DNA from: Nitrospirota bacterium
GTDB lineage: Bacteria; Nitrospirota; Thermodesulfovibrionia; UBA6902
Reading direction: 5' to 3'
Assembly: GCA_016207885.1 (NCBI GenBank)
Contig: JACQZE010000005.1
Location: forward strand, 197,158-261,157
DNA: 64,000 nt
Shown here: piece after piece, positions 21,425 to 32,160 of the stretch
Numbering within the stretch: the first letter of the stretch is position 1
How the letters are laid out: every line of letters starts with the position of its first letter
Notes under the pieces: generated by a model
What the model was told of the DNA's origin: nothing
The model's database searches: none
The model's input: the letters and a program-made list of their open reading frames with translations, nothing else
Position numbers and translations under genes: made by a program

Positions 21425-22273
21425 ATGAAGAAGATACTCATTTTTTTTATAATCATAACCGCGATAATTGTAATTATCAGCCTTTTCACTGCGGTCACAG
21501 GCAAGATCCCTCTCGGGGATAAGGTCGCGGTTGTCCGCGTTGAGGGCGTGATCATGGATTCTAAAAGTGTTATAGAAGAGCTCAAGGATTATGCTTCCGA
21601 CATCTCGGTCAAGGCAATCGTTCTGAGGGTGGACAGCCCCGGCGGCGGAGTCGCTCCTTCTCAGGAGATATATGATGAGGTGGTCAAGGCCAAGGCGAAG
21701 AAGAAGATAGTGGTCTCAATGGGGTCTGTTGCCGCTTCCGGCGGGTATTACATCTCCTGCCCTGCCGACAAAATTGTTGCCAATGCCGGAACGCTTACAG
21801 GTTCTATGGGAGTTATCATGGAGATCCCCAACATAGAGGGGCTCATGCAGAAGATCGGGATCCAGAATCAGATCGTAAAAAGCGGTGAGCATAAAGACAT
21901 AGCATCAATCTTCAAAACCATGAGCCCTGACGAGAGGAAGCTGCTTCAGGTCGTGCTCGATGATGTGCATGAACAGTTCATAGAGGCTGTCTCAAAAGGC
22001 AGAGGCTTAAGTATTGACGCGGTCAAACTCCTTGCCGACGGCCGTATCTTTACAGGAAGGATGGCGAAGGGGGTCGGGCTGGTAGATGAGCTCGGCAATC
22101 TTGACATGGCGATAAAGCTGGCTGCCGAGCTGAGCGGGATCGAGGGTGAGCCGGAGGTGGTGGAGAAGGAAGAGGATACCGGGTTTTTCGGTTTTTTAAG
22201 GAGTTCATTCACTAATAATTTTCTTGTAAATTCCATGCCGGGAATAAAACTGAAATACCTCCTTTCACCTTAA
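21425..22273 (+). CDS. sppA: Signal peptide peptidase (36-kDa type)
   Basis: DSPGG, AASGGYY and DGRIFTG motifs. Confidence 0.95.
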   Translation: MKKILIFFIIITAIIVIISLFTAVTGKIPLGDKVAVVRVEGVIMDSKSVIEELKDYASDISVKAIVLRVDSPGGGVAPSQEIYDEVVKAKAKKKIVVSMGSVAASGGYYISCPADKIVANAGTLTGSMGVIMEIPNIEGLMQKIGIQNQIVKSGEHKDIASIFKTMSPDERKLLQVVLDDVHEQFIEAVSKGRGLSIDAVKLLADGRIFTGRMAKGVGLVDELGNLDMAIKLAAELSGIEGEPEVVEKEEDTGFFGFLRSSFTNNFLVNSMPGIKLKYLLSP

Positions 22274-22281
22274 AAAAAATA

Positions 22282-22310
22282 TTGCATATCCTGTTGTTAT
22301 GTAGTACATT
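22282..22310 (+). promoter_or_regulatory. Sigma70-like promoter upstream of ihfB
   Basis: TTGCAT-N17-TACATT. Confidence 0.45.
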
Positions 22311-22371
22311 TAAAACGGTAATAATTGGTTTATATAGTTTATAATTTTAGAATAATTTATCGGAGGCCGGT

Positions 22372-22656
22372 ATGACTAAATCTGTTCTCATTGAAAAAAT
22401 ATCTGAAAAAGTTGAAGGGCTTACAAGAAAACAGACAGAGGTTGTTGTCGAGACGATATTTGACAGCATCAAGGACGCGCTGGCGCACGGCGACAAAGTT
22501 GAGATAAGAGGTTTCGGCAACTTCAGGCTCAGAAGCAGGAACGCCCGCAAGGCCAGAAACCCCAAGACAGGAGACTCAGTTGCGGTTGAGCCAAAAAAGG
22601 TTCCTTACTTTAAGGTCGGCAAAGAACTCAGGGAGATGGCGACAAAAGACATATAG
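22372..22656 (+). CDS. ihfB: Integration host factor beta subunit
   Basis: MTKSVLIE, VEIRGFGNF, ARNPKTG and PYFKVGKELRE; rpsA-sppA-ihfB synteny. Confidence 0.9.
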   Translation: MTKSVLIEKISEKVEGLTRKQTEVVVETIFDSIKDALAHGDKVEIRGFGNFRLRSRNARKARNPKTGDSVAVEPKKVPYFKVGKELREMATKDI

Positions 22657-22692
22657 TACTTTTCATCTTAATAAAAAACCAGCTTTTCTTTC

Positions 22693-22730
22693 GAAGGTTT
22701 CAGACATATTGTTTGAAACCTTCTTTTTTT
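22693..22730 (+). terminator. Intrinsic terminator after ihfB
   Basis: GAAGGTTTCA...TGAAACCTTC stem followed by a T7 tract. Confidence 0.7.
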
Positions 22731-22933
22731 GTTCTGCTCTATATAGTTGGACTGAAGCCCCGCATATATGGCGGAATCTGCAAGAAATGTGGTAAATTAA
22801 TCTCGATATTATTTCAAATGGCGAGCTTAAGAAAATTTGCAGTTGAAGATGCAGATTATGTGCAGCCAACAAATAGCAGCCAAATTTTATAATCATGAAC
22901 GCTGCTGCTCGGAAGGTAGTTACAGGAGGCATA

Positions 22934-23200
22934 ATGCCGACAATCTCAATGTTTTTCGGGATCATCATCAGGATGTATTGCTCTCCGGGAGAACACAACC
23001 CCCCGCATATACACGCCTATTACCAGAAGCACATGGCTATTATTGATATTCGTTCATGCGAAATCACTGACGGCAAGCTGCCCCCGAGGCAGACAAAGCT
23101 TGTATTGGCTTGGGCTGAAATTCACAAAGAAGAACTGATGGCCGATTGGGAATTAACATCAAAAGGTGAACTTCCCTTCCCCATTGAGCCATTGAAATAG
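22934..23200 (+). CDS. DUF4160 protein (toxin-like)
   Basis: MPTISMFFGIIIRMY..EHNPPHIHA and WAEIHKEELMADW; GGAGG Shine-Dalgarno. Confidence 0.9.
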   Translation: MPTISMFFGIIIRMYCSPGEHNPPHIHAYYQKHMAIIDIRSCEITDGKLPPRQTKLVLAWAEIHKEELMADWELTSKGELPFPIEPLK

Positions 23201-23212
23201 AGGAGAACAAAT

Positions 23213-23503
23213 ATGTATATACCGGTAAAAAGCGCGAAGCCGTTAGAAGGATATAAGCTGCAAATTAAATTTAAAAATGGTGAGGAAAAAATCTTTGATC
23301 TTACTCCTTATCTCACGATTGGAAAATTCGCAGAATTGCGTGATGTCAGCTTATTCAACTCCGTTACGGTTAAATTCGACAGTATTGAGTGGGCCAATCA
23401 TTTAGATATTGATCCGGAGTTTTTGTATGCACACAGCGTCACAATGAAACCGCGCCTGACCAAACTCTCAACACGAACCGTAAAAAAACAGGCGGCCGGA
23501 TAG
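23213..23503 (+). CDS. DUF2442 protein (antitoxin-like)
   Basis: KPLEGYKLQIKFKNGE..FDL and IEWANHLDIDPEFLY; the canonical partner of DUF4160. Confidence 0.88.
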   Translation: MYIPVKSAKPLEGYKLQIKFKNGEEKIFDLTPYLTIGKFAELRDVSLFNSVTVKFDSIEWANHLDIDPEFLYAHSVTMKPRLTKLSTRTVKKQAAG

Positions 23504-23617
23504 TTCCGGGTCTCGCCTAACCCCTCAATTTACCCACCCACCTAATATACTTATATATATCCATCTATATGTGTTATTATTTATGGATTTTTGTTCAAGC
23601 TTTTCATTGGAAAATAT

Positions 23618-25153
23618 ATGCAAAACAAGAATGGCAAGGTATACATAGTCGGAGCTGGCCCAGGTGATATAGGGCTCTTCACGGTCAAGGGGCTAAGCTG
23701 CCTTCAGAAGGCGGAGGTAGTGGTCTATGACTTCCATCTTAACTCCCAGATACTGAACTATATCAAGCATGACGCTGAGTTGATTTATGCGGGCAAGCGC
23801 GGCGGGCAGCATGCAATGGTGCAGGAAGATATCAACCGTGTCCTTGTTGAAAAGGCCAAAGAGGGCAAGGTGGTCTGCCGTCTCAAAGGCGGCGACCCTT
23901 TTGTCTTTGGAAGGGGCGGAGAAGAGGCAGAGGCTCTTTTTGACAATGGCATTAAGTTCGAGGTCGTGCCCGGCGTAAGTTCAGCGGTCGCTGCTCCTGC
24001 CTATGCGGGTATACCTCTTACGCACAGATCATATGCGTCTTCACTTGCCATAGTTCCTGGGTATGAGGATATTACAAAAGGGGAGAGCTCCATAGACTGG
24101 TCGAGGCTTGCCACAGGCATCGACACTATAGTTTTTCTGATGGCTGTAAAGAATATCGATACAGTCTGTCAGCGGCTTATTGAGAACGGCAGAAAGCCTG
24201 AGACGCCTGTTGCCGTTATCAGGTGGGGGACAAGGGCTGACCAGAAGACGGTTGTGGGCAGCCTTCAGAACATCGTCAGCCTGATCAGGGAGAAGGAGAT
24301 AAGGCCGCCTGCGGTCATGGTGGTTGGCGATGTGGTCAAACTGAGGGAGAAGCTCAAATGGTATGAGGATAAACCCATGTTCGGCCAGAGAGTGCTTGTT
24401 ACCAGAGAGCACACAGAGGGTTTTGAACCGCTTGGAGAACTGGGCGCGGAACTGATTGAATTTCATACTATTAAAATTGTCCCGGCTGAAGACCGGACAG
24501 AGCTTGATAAGGCAATAGACAAATTAGAGGCCTATAACTGGCTCGTGCTGACAAGCGCGAACGGTGTGAACTTCTTTTTCAAAAGGCTTTTTGAGAAGAG
24601 GGATATCAGGGATCTCAAGGGTGTCAGGGTATGCGCGGTCGGAACAAAGACCGCCTCTGCGATACAGGAGTACGGCATAAAGGTTGATATGGTGCCTGAG
24701 GAGTTTAATTCAGAGGGGCTTATATCTGCCTTCACATCAATGTCACAGGCTAATAGTGCTGACCCGTTAAAAGGCGTGCGCTTCCTCCTGCCGAGAGCGG
24801 AAACAGCAAGGGATGTATTTCCAAAAAGGGTTGTTGAGATGGGCGGTGAGATCGATGTTGTCACTGCCTACAGGGCGGTCAAGCCTGAGATACACGGAAA
24901 GAGGCTCAAGAGGTTTCTGAAAGAGGGGAAGATAACTGTCGCGACATTTACAAGCGCCGCTACTTTTAATAATTTCATGGATATGGTTGGAGACGATGCC
25001 GAATCGCTTCTTGATGGCGTGGCTATCGCTGTCATCGGGCCTGTAACTGCGCGAGCGGTTGAAAAGGCAGGATTGAAGGTAAGTATAATGCCCAAAGAGG
25101 CGACTGTTGAAGCGATGGTGAATGAGATAATCAAATGGGCATCGGCAAAATAG
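23618..25153 (+). CDS. cobA: Uroporphyrinogen-III C-methyltransferase / uroporphyrinogen-III synthase fusion
   Basis: VGAGPGD and RLKGGDPFVFGRGGEE, followed by a HemD domain (TSANGV, FTSAAT). Confidence 0.95.
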   Translation: MQNKNGKVYIVGAGPGDIGLFTVKGLSCLQKAEVVVYDFHLNSQILNYIKHDAELIYAGKRGGQHAMVQEDINRVLVEKAKEGKVVCRLKGGDPFVFGRGGEEAEALFDNGIKFEVVPGVSSAVAAPAYAGIPLTHRSYASSLAIVPGYEDITKGESSIDWSRLATGIDTIVFLMAVKNIDTVCQRLIENGRKPETPVAVIRWGTRADQKTVVGSLQNIVSLIREKEIRPPAVMVVGDVVKLREKLKWYEDKPMFGQRVLVTREHTEGFEPLGELGAELIEFHTIKIVPAEDRTELDKAIDKLEAYNWLVLTSANGVNFFFKRLFEKRDIRDLKGVRVCAVGTKTASAIQEYGIKVDMVPEEFNSEGLISAFTSMSQANSADPLKGVRFLLPRAETARDVFPKRVVEMGGEIDVVTAYRAVKPEIHGKRLKRFLKEGKITVATFTSAATFNNFMDMVGDDAESLLDGVAIAVIGPVTARAVEKAGLKVSIMPKEATVEAMVNEIIKWASAK

Positions 25154-25196
25154 ATATTTCATTCTTGGGATATTTACATTTAAATAAATTCGTAAG

Positions 25197-28100
25197 ATGC
25201 GATACCTTAAACTAAAAATAAAAGAACTGCATCAGCGCACTCCTCTAAGCATTAAGATGGCCATAGTGACCATCCTAGCAGGGTTCAGCGCCTCACTCTT
25301 TTATGAGAGGATACAGGGCGAACAGATCAGCAGGCACTCAATAATACAGCTTGCGGTCATTATCCTGGCGGTGACGCTTGTAGTACTCTGGATAACAGTG
25401 CGTATACAGAGATTAACAAAGCGTGTTTCCGACTTCTCCCGGAATACGCTGGGGATAAAGACGCAGCAGGCGCTCAAAGGCGACCAGCTTTATATCCTTG
25501 AGAAGAGGTTTCAGGACCTTACTGATGAGATAATAGGCGCGCGCGAGGCATTGAGGATCGAGGCTGAGAAGAAGCTGCTGCTTGAGAAGAGGCAGGTAGA
25601 GATGGCTGAGAAAGAGAACCATCTTAAGCTGCTTCAGTCCGTGACAAATGCCGTCGGCGTCGGCGTGATCAACATGACCTCCGGCGGGATGAAGGCTGCC
25701 AACAGCCAGATGGAGGCCTTTGCCGGGATGTGCGGTGATATTTCCGCCTTTAAGATAGAGGGGGAAGAGAGCATTGAGCGCATCCTGCTGGATAAGGACG
25801 GCAATGAACATATCTTCAGCATAAGCGGGCCTGATATCTTCACTGAAGAGAAGGTCCTGCTGGTAAGAGAGATAACCGAACTTAAGCTGGCTGCCAAAAA
25901 ACTTGAAAAAGACCGGCACATGCAGGGTGTTATAAGCACGGTGCTCAGGATATCTCTTACGCCTGTTTCGCTTGAAGACCAGCTTGAGCAGACGCTCGGC
26001 GTGCTGTTTTCGCTTCCATGGCTTGATGAAAGTGCAAACGGGTGCATATATCTTGCGGATGAAGACGCGGGAATGCTTTTCATGAAAGCAAAGTACAGGC
26101 TTCCGCAAAAGATATCGCATACCTGTTCGGTAGTTCCGTTCAACGAGTGTTACTGCGGCAAGGCAGCTTCCACAAGGCAGATAAGTTTTACCGAATGGGC
26201 TGACCGATGCAGTTTTGACGCTGCTGACGGCACGCATAAGCAGAGCCAGTACTGCATTCCGATACTCTTCGGCAATAAGATCAACGGCGTAATGAACCTG
26301 TATCTCGGCGAAGGGTACCAGAGGAACCGCAGGGATGAGGACTTCTTCCTTGCCATTGCCAATACATTAGCCGGGATCATTGAGCACAAGCGAGCAGAGG
26401 CTGAGCTCGAGAAGGCAAGGGAGGCAGCGGAGGCTGCTTCAATGGCAAAGAGCGAGTTCCTTGCCAATATGAGCCATGAGATACGAACCCCGATGAACGC
26501 CATAATCGGCATGACAGAGCTGACAATGGATACGAACCTCTCTCCTGAGCAGAGTGATTTCCTTAAGATAGTTCAGTCAAACTCTGAAGCGCTTCTCTCT
26601 TTGATCAATGATATCCTCGATATATCCAAGATCGAGGCAGGAAACATGGAGCTTGAGAATATCCCATTTAACCTGAAGGAGGTCGTAGAGGGTGTCGCAG
26701 AGGGGCTTAATGTAAGGGCCAAGGACAAAGAGGTGGAGCTGATATGTTATGTCGACCCGGGCATCCCCTCATCAACTGTTCTTGGAGACCCTACCCGGCT
26801 TCGCCAGGTGCTTATAAACCTTATGGGCAACGCGCTTAAATTCACTGAAAAGGGAGAGGTCGTACTCAAGGTTGAGATATCTCCGTCTTATACTGACCAG
26901 AGTAAAAAGGTCGTCGGGCTTCACTTCATGGTCACTGACACCGGGGTCGGGATATCAGAAGCTGATATAGAGAAGATATTTGATAAATTCACTCAGGCCG
27001 ACTCATCGACCACCAGAAAGTACGGAGGGACCGGGCTCGGCCTCAGCATATCAAAGCTTCTCATCGAGATGATGGGCGGGAAGATATGGGCGGAGAGTAC
27101 GATCGGCAAAGGCAGCGCTTTCCATATTGTTCTGTCACTTCCTTATGAAGAAGAGACAGAAGAGTTCAGGAAGATAGAGTATGCCTATCCTGATTTCAAA
27201 GAGATAACAGTGCTTGTTGTCGATGACAGCAGCACCAACAGGTTTATCCTGCAGAAGATACTCGGCGCGTGGGGATTTAAAGTCGACGAAGCTGAAAGCG
27301 GGAAAGAGGCGTTATCCATCCTGCAGTCAGGCGCCAAAAAATATGATCTTCTTATTCTTGACTATCAGATGCCTGAGATGGACGGCATCGAGGTCGTTGA
27401 GGCGCTGCGGAGCGACAAGAAGTTCAAGGACCTTAAGATATTGATCCTCTCCTCATGGGGCAGGATCAACCCGGGACTGATGAAGAAGCTCAAGATCTGC
27501 GAAGCGCTGGTAAAACCGGTCAAGCAGTCAAGCCTCTTTAACGCCCTTCTGAAGATACTGCGTATTAATGTGCATGATGAGGCCGCGGCCCCGAAGAAGG
27601 AGATAGAGATCATTGACGAGAAGGGGCATATCAAGATCCTGCTGGCCGATGACAATCCTGACGGCCAGAAACTTGCGAGGAAATTCCTTGAGAGCGCCGG
27701 CTTTGTAGTGGATACCGCGGATAACGGAAGGGATGTTGTGGAGGCGTTTAAGAGGTATCATTATGACCTGATTCTGATGGATATCCAGATGCCGCAGATG
27801 GACGGATTTGAAGCGACCCGGCATATAAGGATGCTTGAAAAGGGCGGGCGGAGGACTCCTGTCATAGCGCTTACGGCCCACGCGATGAAGGGCTATCGTG
27901 AAAAATGCATGGAGAATGATATGGATGACTATATCACCAAGCCGCTGAACAGAAAGGTCCTGCTGGATACCGTTGATAAATGGCTCGATATGTATCCGGT
28001 TATCCTTGTTGCGGATGATATAGAGGACAACAGGAAGCTTATCGGGAGCTATCTCAAGGGTGAGAACTGCAGGCTGATATTTGCTTCGAACGGAAAAGAG

Positions 28101-28709
28101 GCGGTTGACCTGTTTAAAAAACAGAGGGTATCGCTGATACTCATGGATATGGAGATGCCTGAGATGGACGGTTATGCCGCGGCAGGCAATATCAGGGGGC
28201 TTGCAGGCGGCGCAGACCTGCCTATCGTTGCAATGACCGCGCACGACGGGACAGGCGAGGTTAGAAAGTGCCTCCAGGCCGGCTGCACTTCCCACCTCGC
28301 AAAACCTATCAGAAAGGCTGCCCTTCTGCAGGCGATACAGGAATATCTCGGCGGGAGAAAGCCCTCTCTTTCTGCTGCCTCATCCGATGCCGGGACATAT
28401 GGTGATAATGTTGTATATATAGATCCTGACCTTCAGGACCTGATACCTGATTTCATGAATAGCATGAAGAAAGAGGTGGAGAAGATCGGAGCCATGCTCA
28501 GCAAGAATGATCTCAATGAGATACAGAGGATCGGCCACAGCCTTAAAGGGACCGGCGGGAGCTACGGCTTTAATGAGATAACAGATATCGGGAAAGAGAT
28601 GGAAGAAGCTGCCAAAAACAGTGATAAAGAGGCTATAATTAAACTCAACAGCCGTCTTGATAATTATCTTTCGACCGTCAAGATACAGATGAGAGATGAA
28701 CAGCAATGA
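25197..28709 (+). CDS. Hybrid sensor histidine kinase (2 TM, GAF, HisKA/HATPase, 3 REC, Hpt)
   Basis: [10 protein letters not shown]-boxes DTGVG and GGTGLGL, three receiver domains (DYQMP, DIQMP, DMEMP) and Hpt GHSLKG. Confidence 0.95.
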   Translation: MRYLKLKIKELHQRTPLSIKMAIVTILAGFSASLFYERIQGEQISRHSIIQLAVIILAVTLVVLWITVRIQRLTKRVSDFSRNTLGIKTQQALKGDQLYILEKRFQDLTDEIIGAREALRIEAEKKLLLEKRQVEMAEKENHLKLLQSVTNAVGVGVINMTSGGMKAANSQMEAFAGMCGDISAFKIEGEESIERILLDKDGNEHIFSISGPDIFTEEKVLLVREITELKLAAKKLEKDRHMQGVISTVLRISLTPVSLEDQLEQTLGVLFSLPWLDESANGCIYLADEDAGMLFMKAKYRLPQKISHTCSVVPFNECYCGKAASTRQISFTEWADRCSFDAADGTHKQSQYCIPILFGNKINGVMNLYLGEGYQRNRRDEDFFLAIANTLAGIIEHKRAEAELEKAREAAEAASMAKSEFLANMSHEIRTPMNAIIGMTELTMDTNLSPEQSDFLKIVQSNSEALLSLINDILDISKIEAGNMELENIPFNLKEVVEGVAEGLNVRAKDKEVELICYVDPGIPSSTVLGDPTRLRQVLINLMGNALKFTEKGEVVLKVEISPSYTDQSKKVVGLHFMVTDTGVGISEADIEKIFDKFTQADSSTTRKYGGTGLGLSISKLLIEMMGGKIWAESTIGKGSAFHIVLSLPYEEETEEFRKIEYAYPDFKEITVLVVDDSSTNRFILQKILGAWGFKVDEAESGKEALSILQSGAKKYDLLILDYQMPEMDGIEVVEALRSDKKFKDLKILILSSWGRINPGLMKKLKICEALVKPVKQSSLFNALLKILRINVHDEAAAPKKEIEIIDEKGHIKILLADDNPDGQKLARKFLESAGFVVDTADNGRDVVEAFKRYHYDLILMDIQMPQMDGFEATRHIRMLEKGGRRTPVIALTAHAMKGYREKCMENDMDDYITKPLNRKVLLDTVDKWLDMYPVILVADDIEDNRKLIGSYLKGENCRLIFASNGKEAVDLFKKQRVSLILMDMEMPEMDGYAAAGNIRGLAGGADLPIVAMTAHDGTGEVRKCLQAGCTSHLAKPIRKAALLQAIQEYLGGRKPSLSAASSDAGTYGDNVVYIDPDLQDLIPDFMNSMKKEVEKIGAMLSKNDLNEIQRIGHSLKGTGGSYGFNEITDIGKEMEEAAKNSDKEAIIKLNSRLDNYLSTVKIQMRDEQQ

Positions 28710-29599
28710 ATGATAATAAAAATTTGGTCCTTATCATTGACGATGACCTGCCGCTTACAAGGCTTATAGACCTTAAATTGAAGAAGGCAGGTTTTACGAC
28801 GCTTACCGCAATGGACAGCGGCAGCGCCATGGAGGCGTTGTCCAAAAATCATGTGGACCTCATAATCTGTGATATTCAGATGCCCGGGACGAGCGGTTTT
28901 GAATTTCGCGAGAATATACTCAACAAGTCCGAGACCAGGGATATACCTTTTATCTTTCTTACGGCAAGCTCAGAGTCTGTGGATCAGGTCAAGGGATTTC
29001 GCCTGAGGGTGGATGACTATATTACAAAGCCGTTCGATCCGTCGATACTTGTCGCGCGCGTAAGGTCTGTGATCGAGCGGCACGCGACATTTACAGAGAG
29101 GTCGAGCATCGACCAGCTTACAGGCCTTCTGAACCGCCAGGCGCTTGAACAGAGGGTGGAGAAAGAGCTTTCACGCATCGGCAGGTACGGCGGCGGCATA
29201 TCGATCGTCTTTATTGATATAGATAATTTTAAACAGGTAAATGACCGGCATGGCCATTCTGTCGGCGACCTTGTGCTTATACAGCTCGGCCAGCTCTTTC
29301 AGCAAAAGCTGAGAACCATTGATTTTGCAGGCCGCTACGGCGGCGAAGAGTTCCTGCTCTGCCTTATAAACTCAGACAAGGAAGGAGCCATGGAGCTGAC
29401 CAGGAGGCTTCTGTCGTCATTCAGGGAGACTCCCGTAAGTGACGCGAAACTTCTCTGCACCTTCAGCGCGGGCATAGCCTCTGCGCCTGAGGACGGCGCA
29501 AGTTTTTCAGTCCTCTGCAATAAGGCTGATGAGGCGATGTATATCTCAAAGAAGGAAGGAAAGAACAGGGTCACTTCATGGAAAGAGGGGGAGAAATAA
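28706..29599 (+). CDS. REC-GGDEF diguanylate cyclase
   Basis: Receiver DIQMP, DIDNFK..ND..GH, RTID I-site and GGEEF active site. Confidence 0.95.
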   Translation: MNDNKNLVLIIDDDLPLTRLIDLKLKKAGFTTLTAMDSGSAMEALSKNHVDLIICDIQMPGTSGFEFRENILNKSETRDIPFIFLTASSESVDQVKGFRLRVDDYITKPFDPSILVARVRSVIERHATFTERSSIDQLTGLLNRQALEQRVEKELSRIGRYGGGISIVFIDIDNFKQVNDRHGHSVGDLVLIQLGQLFQQKLRTIDFAGRYGGEEFLLCLINSDKEGAMELTRRLLSSFRETPVSDAKLLCTFSAGIASAPEDGASFSVLCNKADEAMYISKKEGKNRVTSWKEGEK

Positions 29600-30993
29600 A
29601 GATCCATCCGATCCTCCTTGCAGGCGGCACAGGCACAAGGCTGTGGCCTGTTTCAAGGGAGCTATTCCCGAAGCAGCTTGTGAACCTTGTAGGAGACGAA
29701 TCCCTGATACAGAACACGATCAAGAGGCTCTCCCCTACAGTAGAACTTGAGAGGCTCAAGATAGTCTGCGGCAAAGAACATTTTTTTGAGATCGCTAGGC
29801 ATCTTGAGGCGCTTGGGATATCCTCAGAAGGAAAGATAATCACCGAACCATGCGGAAGAAACACCGCTCCCGCGATATTACTGGCAATACTTAATATCTT
29901 AAAGACTGAAGAAGATGCGGTTATGCTCGTATTCCCTTCAGACCATGTGATAAAGGATCTTCAGGGTTTTCATGAAAGGCTTGAGGCTGCGGTAAGGCTT
30001 GCGGAAAAAGATCATATCGTTACTTTCGGGATAAAACCTGACAGGCCTGAGACAGGCTACGGCTACATAGAAGGCGAAGGAACAGTAGAGGAAGGGGCGC
30101 TTAAGGTCAAGAGGTTTGTCGAGAAGCCGGATCTTGAGACCGCAAAGGATTATCTCAGCAAGGGGAACTTCTTCTGGAACAGCGGCATGTTCGCGTTCAA
30201 GGCATCTGTAATGGTTAATGAGTTTGCCGCGGCAGAGCCGGGACTTTTAAATAACATGCGCGCCATATTGTCAGGCAATGCGCCTGTCTCCATGGACAGC
30301 TATGCGGCGCTTCCCAATATCTCCATCGATTACGCGATCATGGAGAAGACCATGAGAGGGGTTGTGCTCCCGTCGGACTTCGGGTGGAGCGACATAGGGA
30401 CATGGGAGACGCTCTATAATTTTCTTCCAAAAGACAGCGATGATAATGTTGTGGAAGGAGATGTCATATTAAAAGATACAAAACACAGTTTTGTCAGAGG
30501 CGGCAGCAGGCTGGTTGTTGTGACAGGGCTTGAGAATGTAGTTGTCATTGATACTCCCGACACCGTCTTTATCTCAGACCTCGAAAAGAGCAGGGATGTA
30601 AAAAATATTGTCGCTGAATTAAAGGAAAAGGGGCGCGAGGAGTACAAGTCCCATGCCACTGTCTACCGTCCATGGGGCACATATACGATCCTTGAAGAGA
30701 TGGAAGGTACAAAGATAAAACGTATCGTTGTTTACCCCGGCGCCAAACTTTCGCTTCAGATGCATCATCACAGGAACGAACACTGGGTCGTTGTAAGCGG
30801 CACCGCAAAGATAATCAACGGAGACCGGACAATTATCCTCAAAGAGAACCAGTCAACCTATGTCCCGAAAGAGAGCCGCCACCGCCTTGAGAACCCGGGC
30901 AAAGAGCCCCTGCACCTGATCGAGGTCCAGATGGGCGGTTATCTTGGCGAGGATGACATAGTCAGGTTTGACGATGATTTCGGCAGGGAGTAG
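29578..30993 (+). CDS. manC: Mannose-1-phosphate guanylyltransferase / mannose-6-phosphate isomerase
   Basis: LAGGTGTRLWPVSR..PKQ, GYGYI, FVEKP, SIDYAIME and C-terminal cupin RPWG/LSLQMH. Confidence 0.95.
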   Translation: MERGGEIKIHPILLAGGTGTRLWPVSRELFPKQLVNLVGDESLIQNTIKRLSPTVELERLKIVCGKEHFFEIARHLEALGISSEGKIITEPCGRNTAPAILLAILNILKTEEDAVMLVFPSDHVIKDLQGFHERLEAAVRLAEKDHIVTFGIKPDRPETGYGYIEGEGTVEEGALKVKRFVEKPDLETAKDYLSKGNFFWNSGMFAFKASVMVNEFAAAEPGLLNNMRAILSGNAPVSMDSYAALPNISIDYAIMEKTMRGVVLPSDFGWSDIGTWETLYNFLPKDSDDNVVEGDVILKDTKHSFVRGGSRLVVVTGLENVVVIDTPDTVFISDLEKSRDVKNIVAELKEKGREEYKSHATVYRPWGTYTILEEMEGTKIKRIVVYPGAKLSLQMHHHRNEHWVVVSGTAKIINGDRTIILKENQSTYVPKESRHRLENPGKEPLHLIEVQMGGYLGEDDIVRFDDDFGRE

Positions 30994-31017
30994 TTTTTAG
31001 CCGTTCACGGGAGGGCG

Positions 31018-31458
31018 ATGTTTAAGAAGGATGAAGCGGTTTCAGGCAACGTTGCCGTGCAGCTGATGCCTGACAATATCGTAGTAACGTTCTTAGACAT
31101 GAAAGGCAAAGTTGTTACGTGGTCATCTACGCTTGCGCAGGGTTTTAAGGGCGAGTGGAGAATATCCTCCCAGGCTGCGAAAAAAACTGCTGCCGCCGCT
31201 GCGAAAAAAGCGGCATATGCCGGAATGTTCGAGGTGAACATTTATATAAAGAACGATTACGGCGATGAAATGGATATGGTCATCAAGGCCATTATTGAAG
31301 GCATCTTATCCGCCGGGATCAAGATCCAGATGGTATATGACAAACACGGCGTCAGGATCAGGCACGACAGGGAGAATAAGCCGGACAAAGGGGATATCTT
31401 TGTGCTGGAGAAGTATATTGAGAGGTTAAAAGAGTGGTGGAGAATGCTCTGGTGGTGA
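31018..31458 (+). CDS. Divergent ribosomal protein uS11-like protein (orphan paralog)
   Basis: GNVAVQ..DNIVVTFLDMKGKVVTWSS...GFKG..SSQAA...AAKKA..AGM.EVNIYIK aligns with the uS11 core. Lacks the PHNGCRPPK tail. Confidence 0.75.
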   Translation: MFKKDEAVSGNVAVQLMPDNIVVTFLDMKGKVVTWSSTLAQGFKGEWRISSQAAKKTAAAAAKKAAYAGMFEVNIYIKNDYGDEMDMVIKAIIEGILSAGIKIQMVYDKHGVRIRHDRENKPDKGDIFVLEKYIERLKEWWRMLWW

Positions 31459-31537
31459 GCATTGATTTATGTTTATCAGGTTTTTATAATATCAAACAGA
31501 ATTTGTAACATAATATGGACGCAATAAAGGGGCTGTC

Positions 31538-32110
31538 ATGAAGATCTGGAAGATACTTGGAGAAGAGTTATTAAGCAGTTCTGTTAAAGAGATCCGGCAG
31601 GATACGCATAATTACGCTGAATTGGTCTTCTTCAGCAAAGACATTTCCAACTGGCATCAGGTCTTATCTGACAAACTCGGGCATCCGGTTGTTTTTGAAG
31701 GCAGGAAGGAAGACGAAGGCCCTGCAGACAACGCGTTACATGGAAAGAAGCCTATCAAGGTTCTTTCAGACTACATAGGAGGGGTGCGCGAAGGCCAGTC
31801 TCTCTTCTACGGGACGCATGATTCCTCCAAGGTCTTGATCATGATGTGGCCCTGGAAGGACAATAATCATGTGACACTCAAGAAGCTCTCTTATAATGAA
31901 GACATATTAAATGCGGATGAGCGCAGGATATATCAGAGAAGGGCTGTCAGGGAACGGAGAAGGATGGGGAGTTCCATAAAACCAAAATGCCCTAACAGAA
32001 GATACCGCACGAGGAGAGTTTATCAGGAAAGAAGGTTCATGCCGCTCTTGTTGATCCAGGAGCTGAACAAAATGTCTGTTGTTGATAATAATGCCGAAGG
32101 GAATGCTTAG
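31538..32110 (+). CDS. Hypothetical protein with an Arg-rich ERR/RR-repeat tail
   Basis: 190-aa ORF with AAGGGG Shine-Dalgarno; tail DERRIYQRR..ERRR..NRR..ERR. Confidence 0.65.
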   Translation: MKIWKILGEELLSSSVKEIRQDTHNYAELVFFSKDISNWHQVLSDKLGHPVVFEGRKEDEGPADNALHGKKPIKVLSDYIGGVREGQSLFYGTHDSSKVLIMMWPWKDNNHVTLKKLSYNEDILNADERRIYQRRAVRERRRMGSSIKPKCPNRRYRTRRVYQERRFMPLLLIQELNKMSVVDNNAEGNA

Positions 32111-32160
32111 ATCTTTCAGCGGTAATCTGTAAATACTTTTTGCGGCTGTTTCAGCCTTTT

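Noticed and set aside
25413-28295. Long antisense ORFs (274 and 255 aa) within the hybrid kinase
   Set aside because: No recognisable motifs and fully overlapping a well-supported gene; similar shadows occur in lon, tyrA and plsC.
31018-31458. Calling the uS11-like gene the canonical rpsK
   Set aside because: It lacks the conserved C-terminal tail and the rpsM/rpsD/rpoA context.
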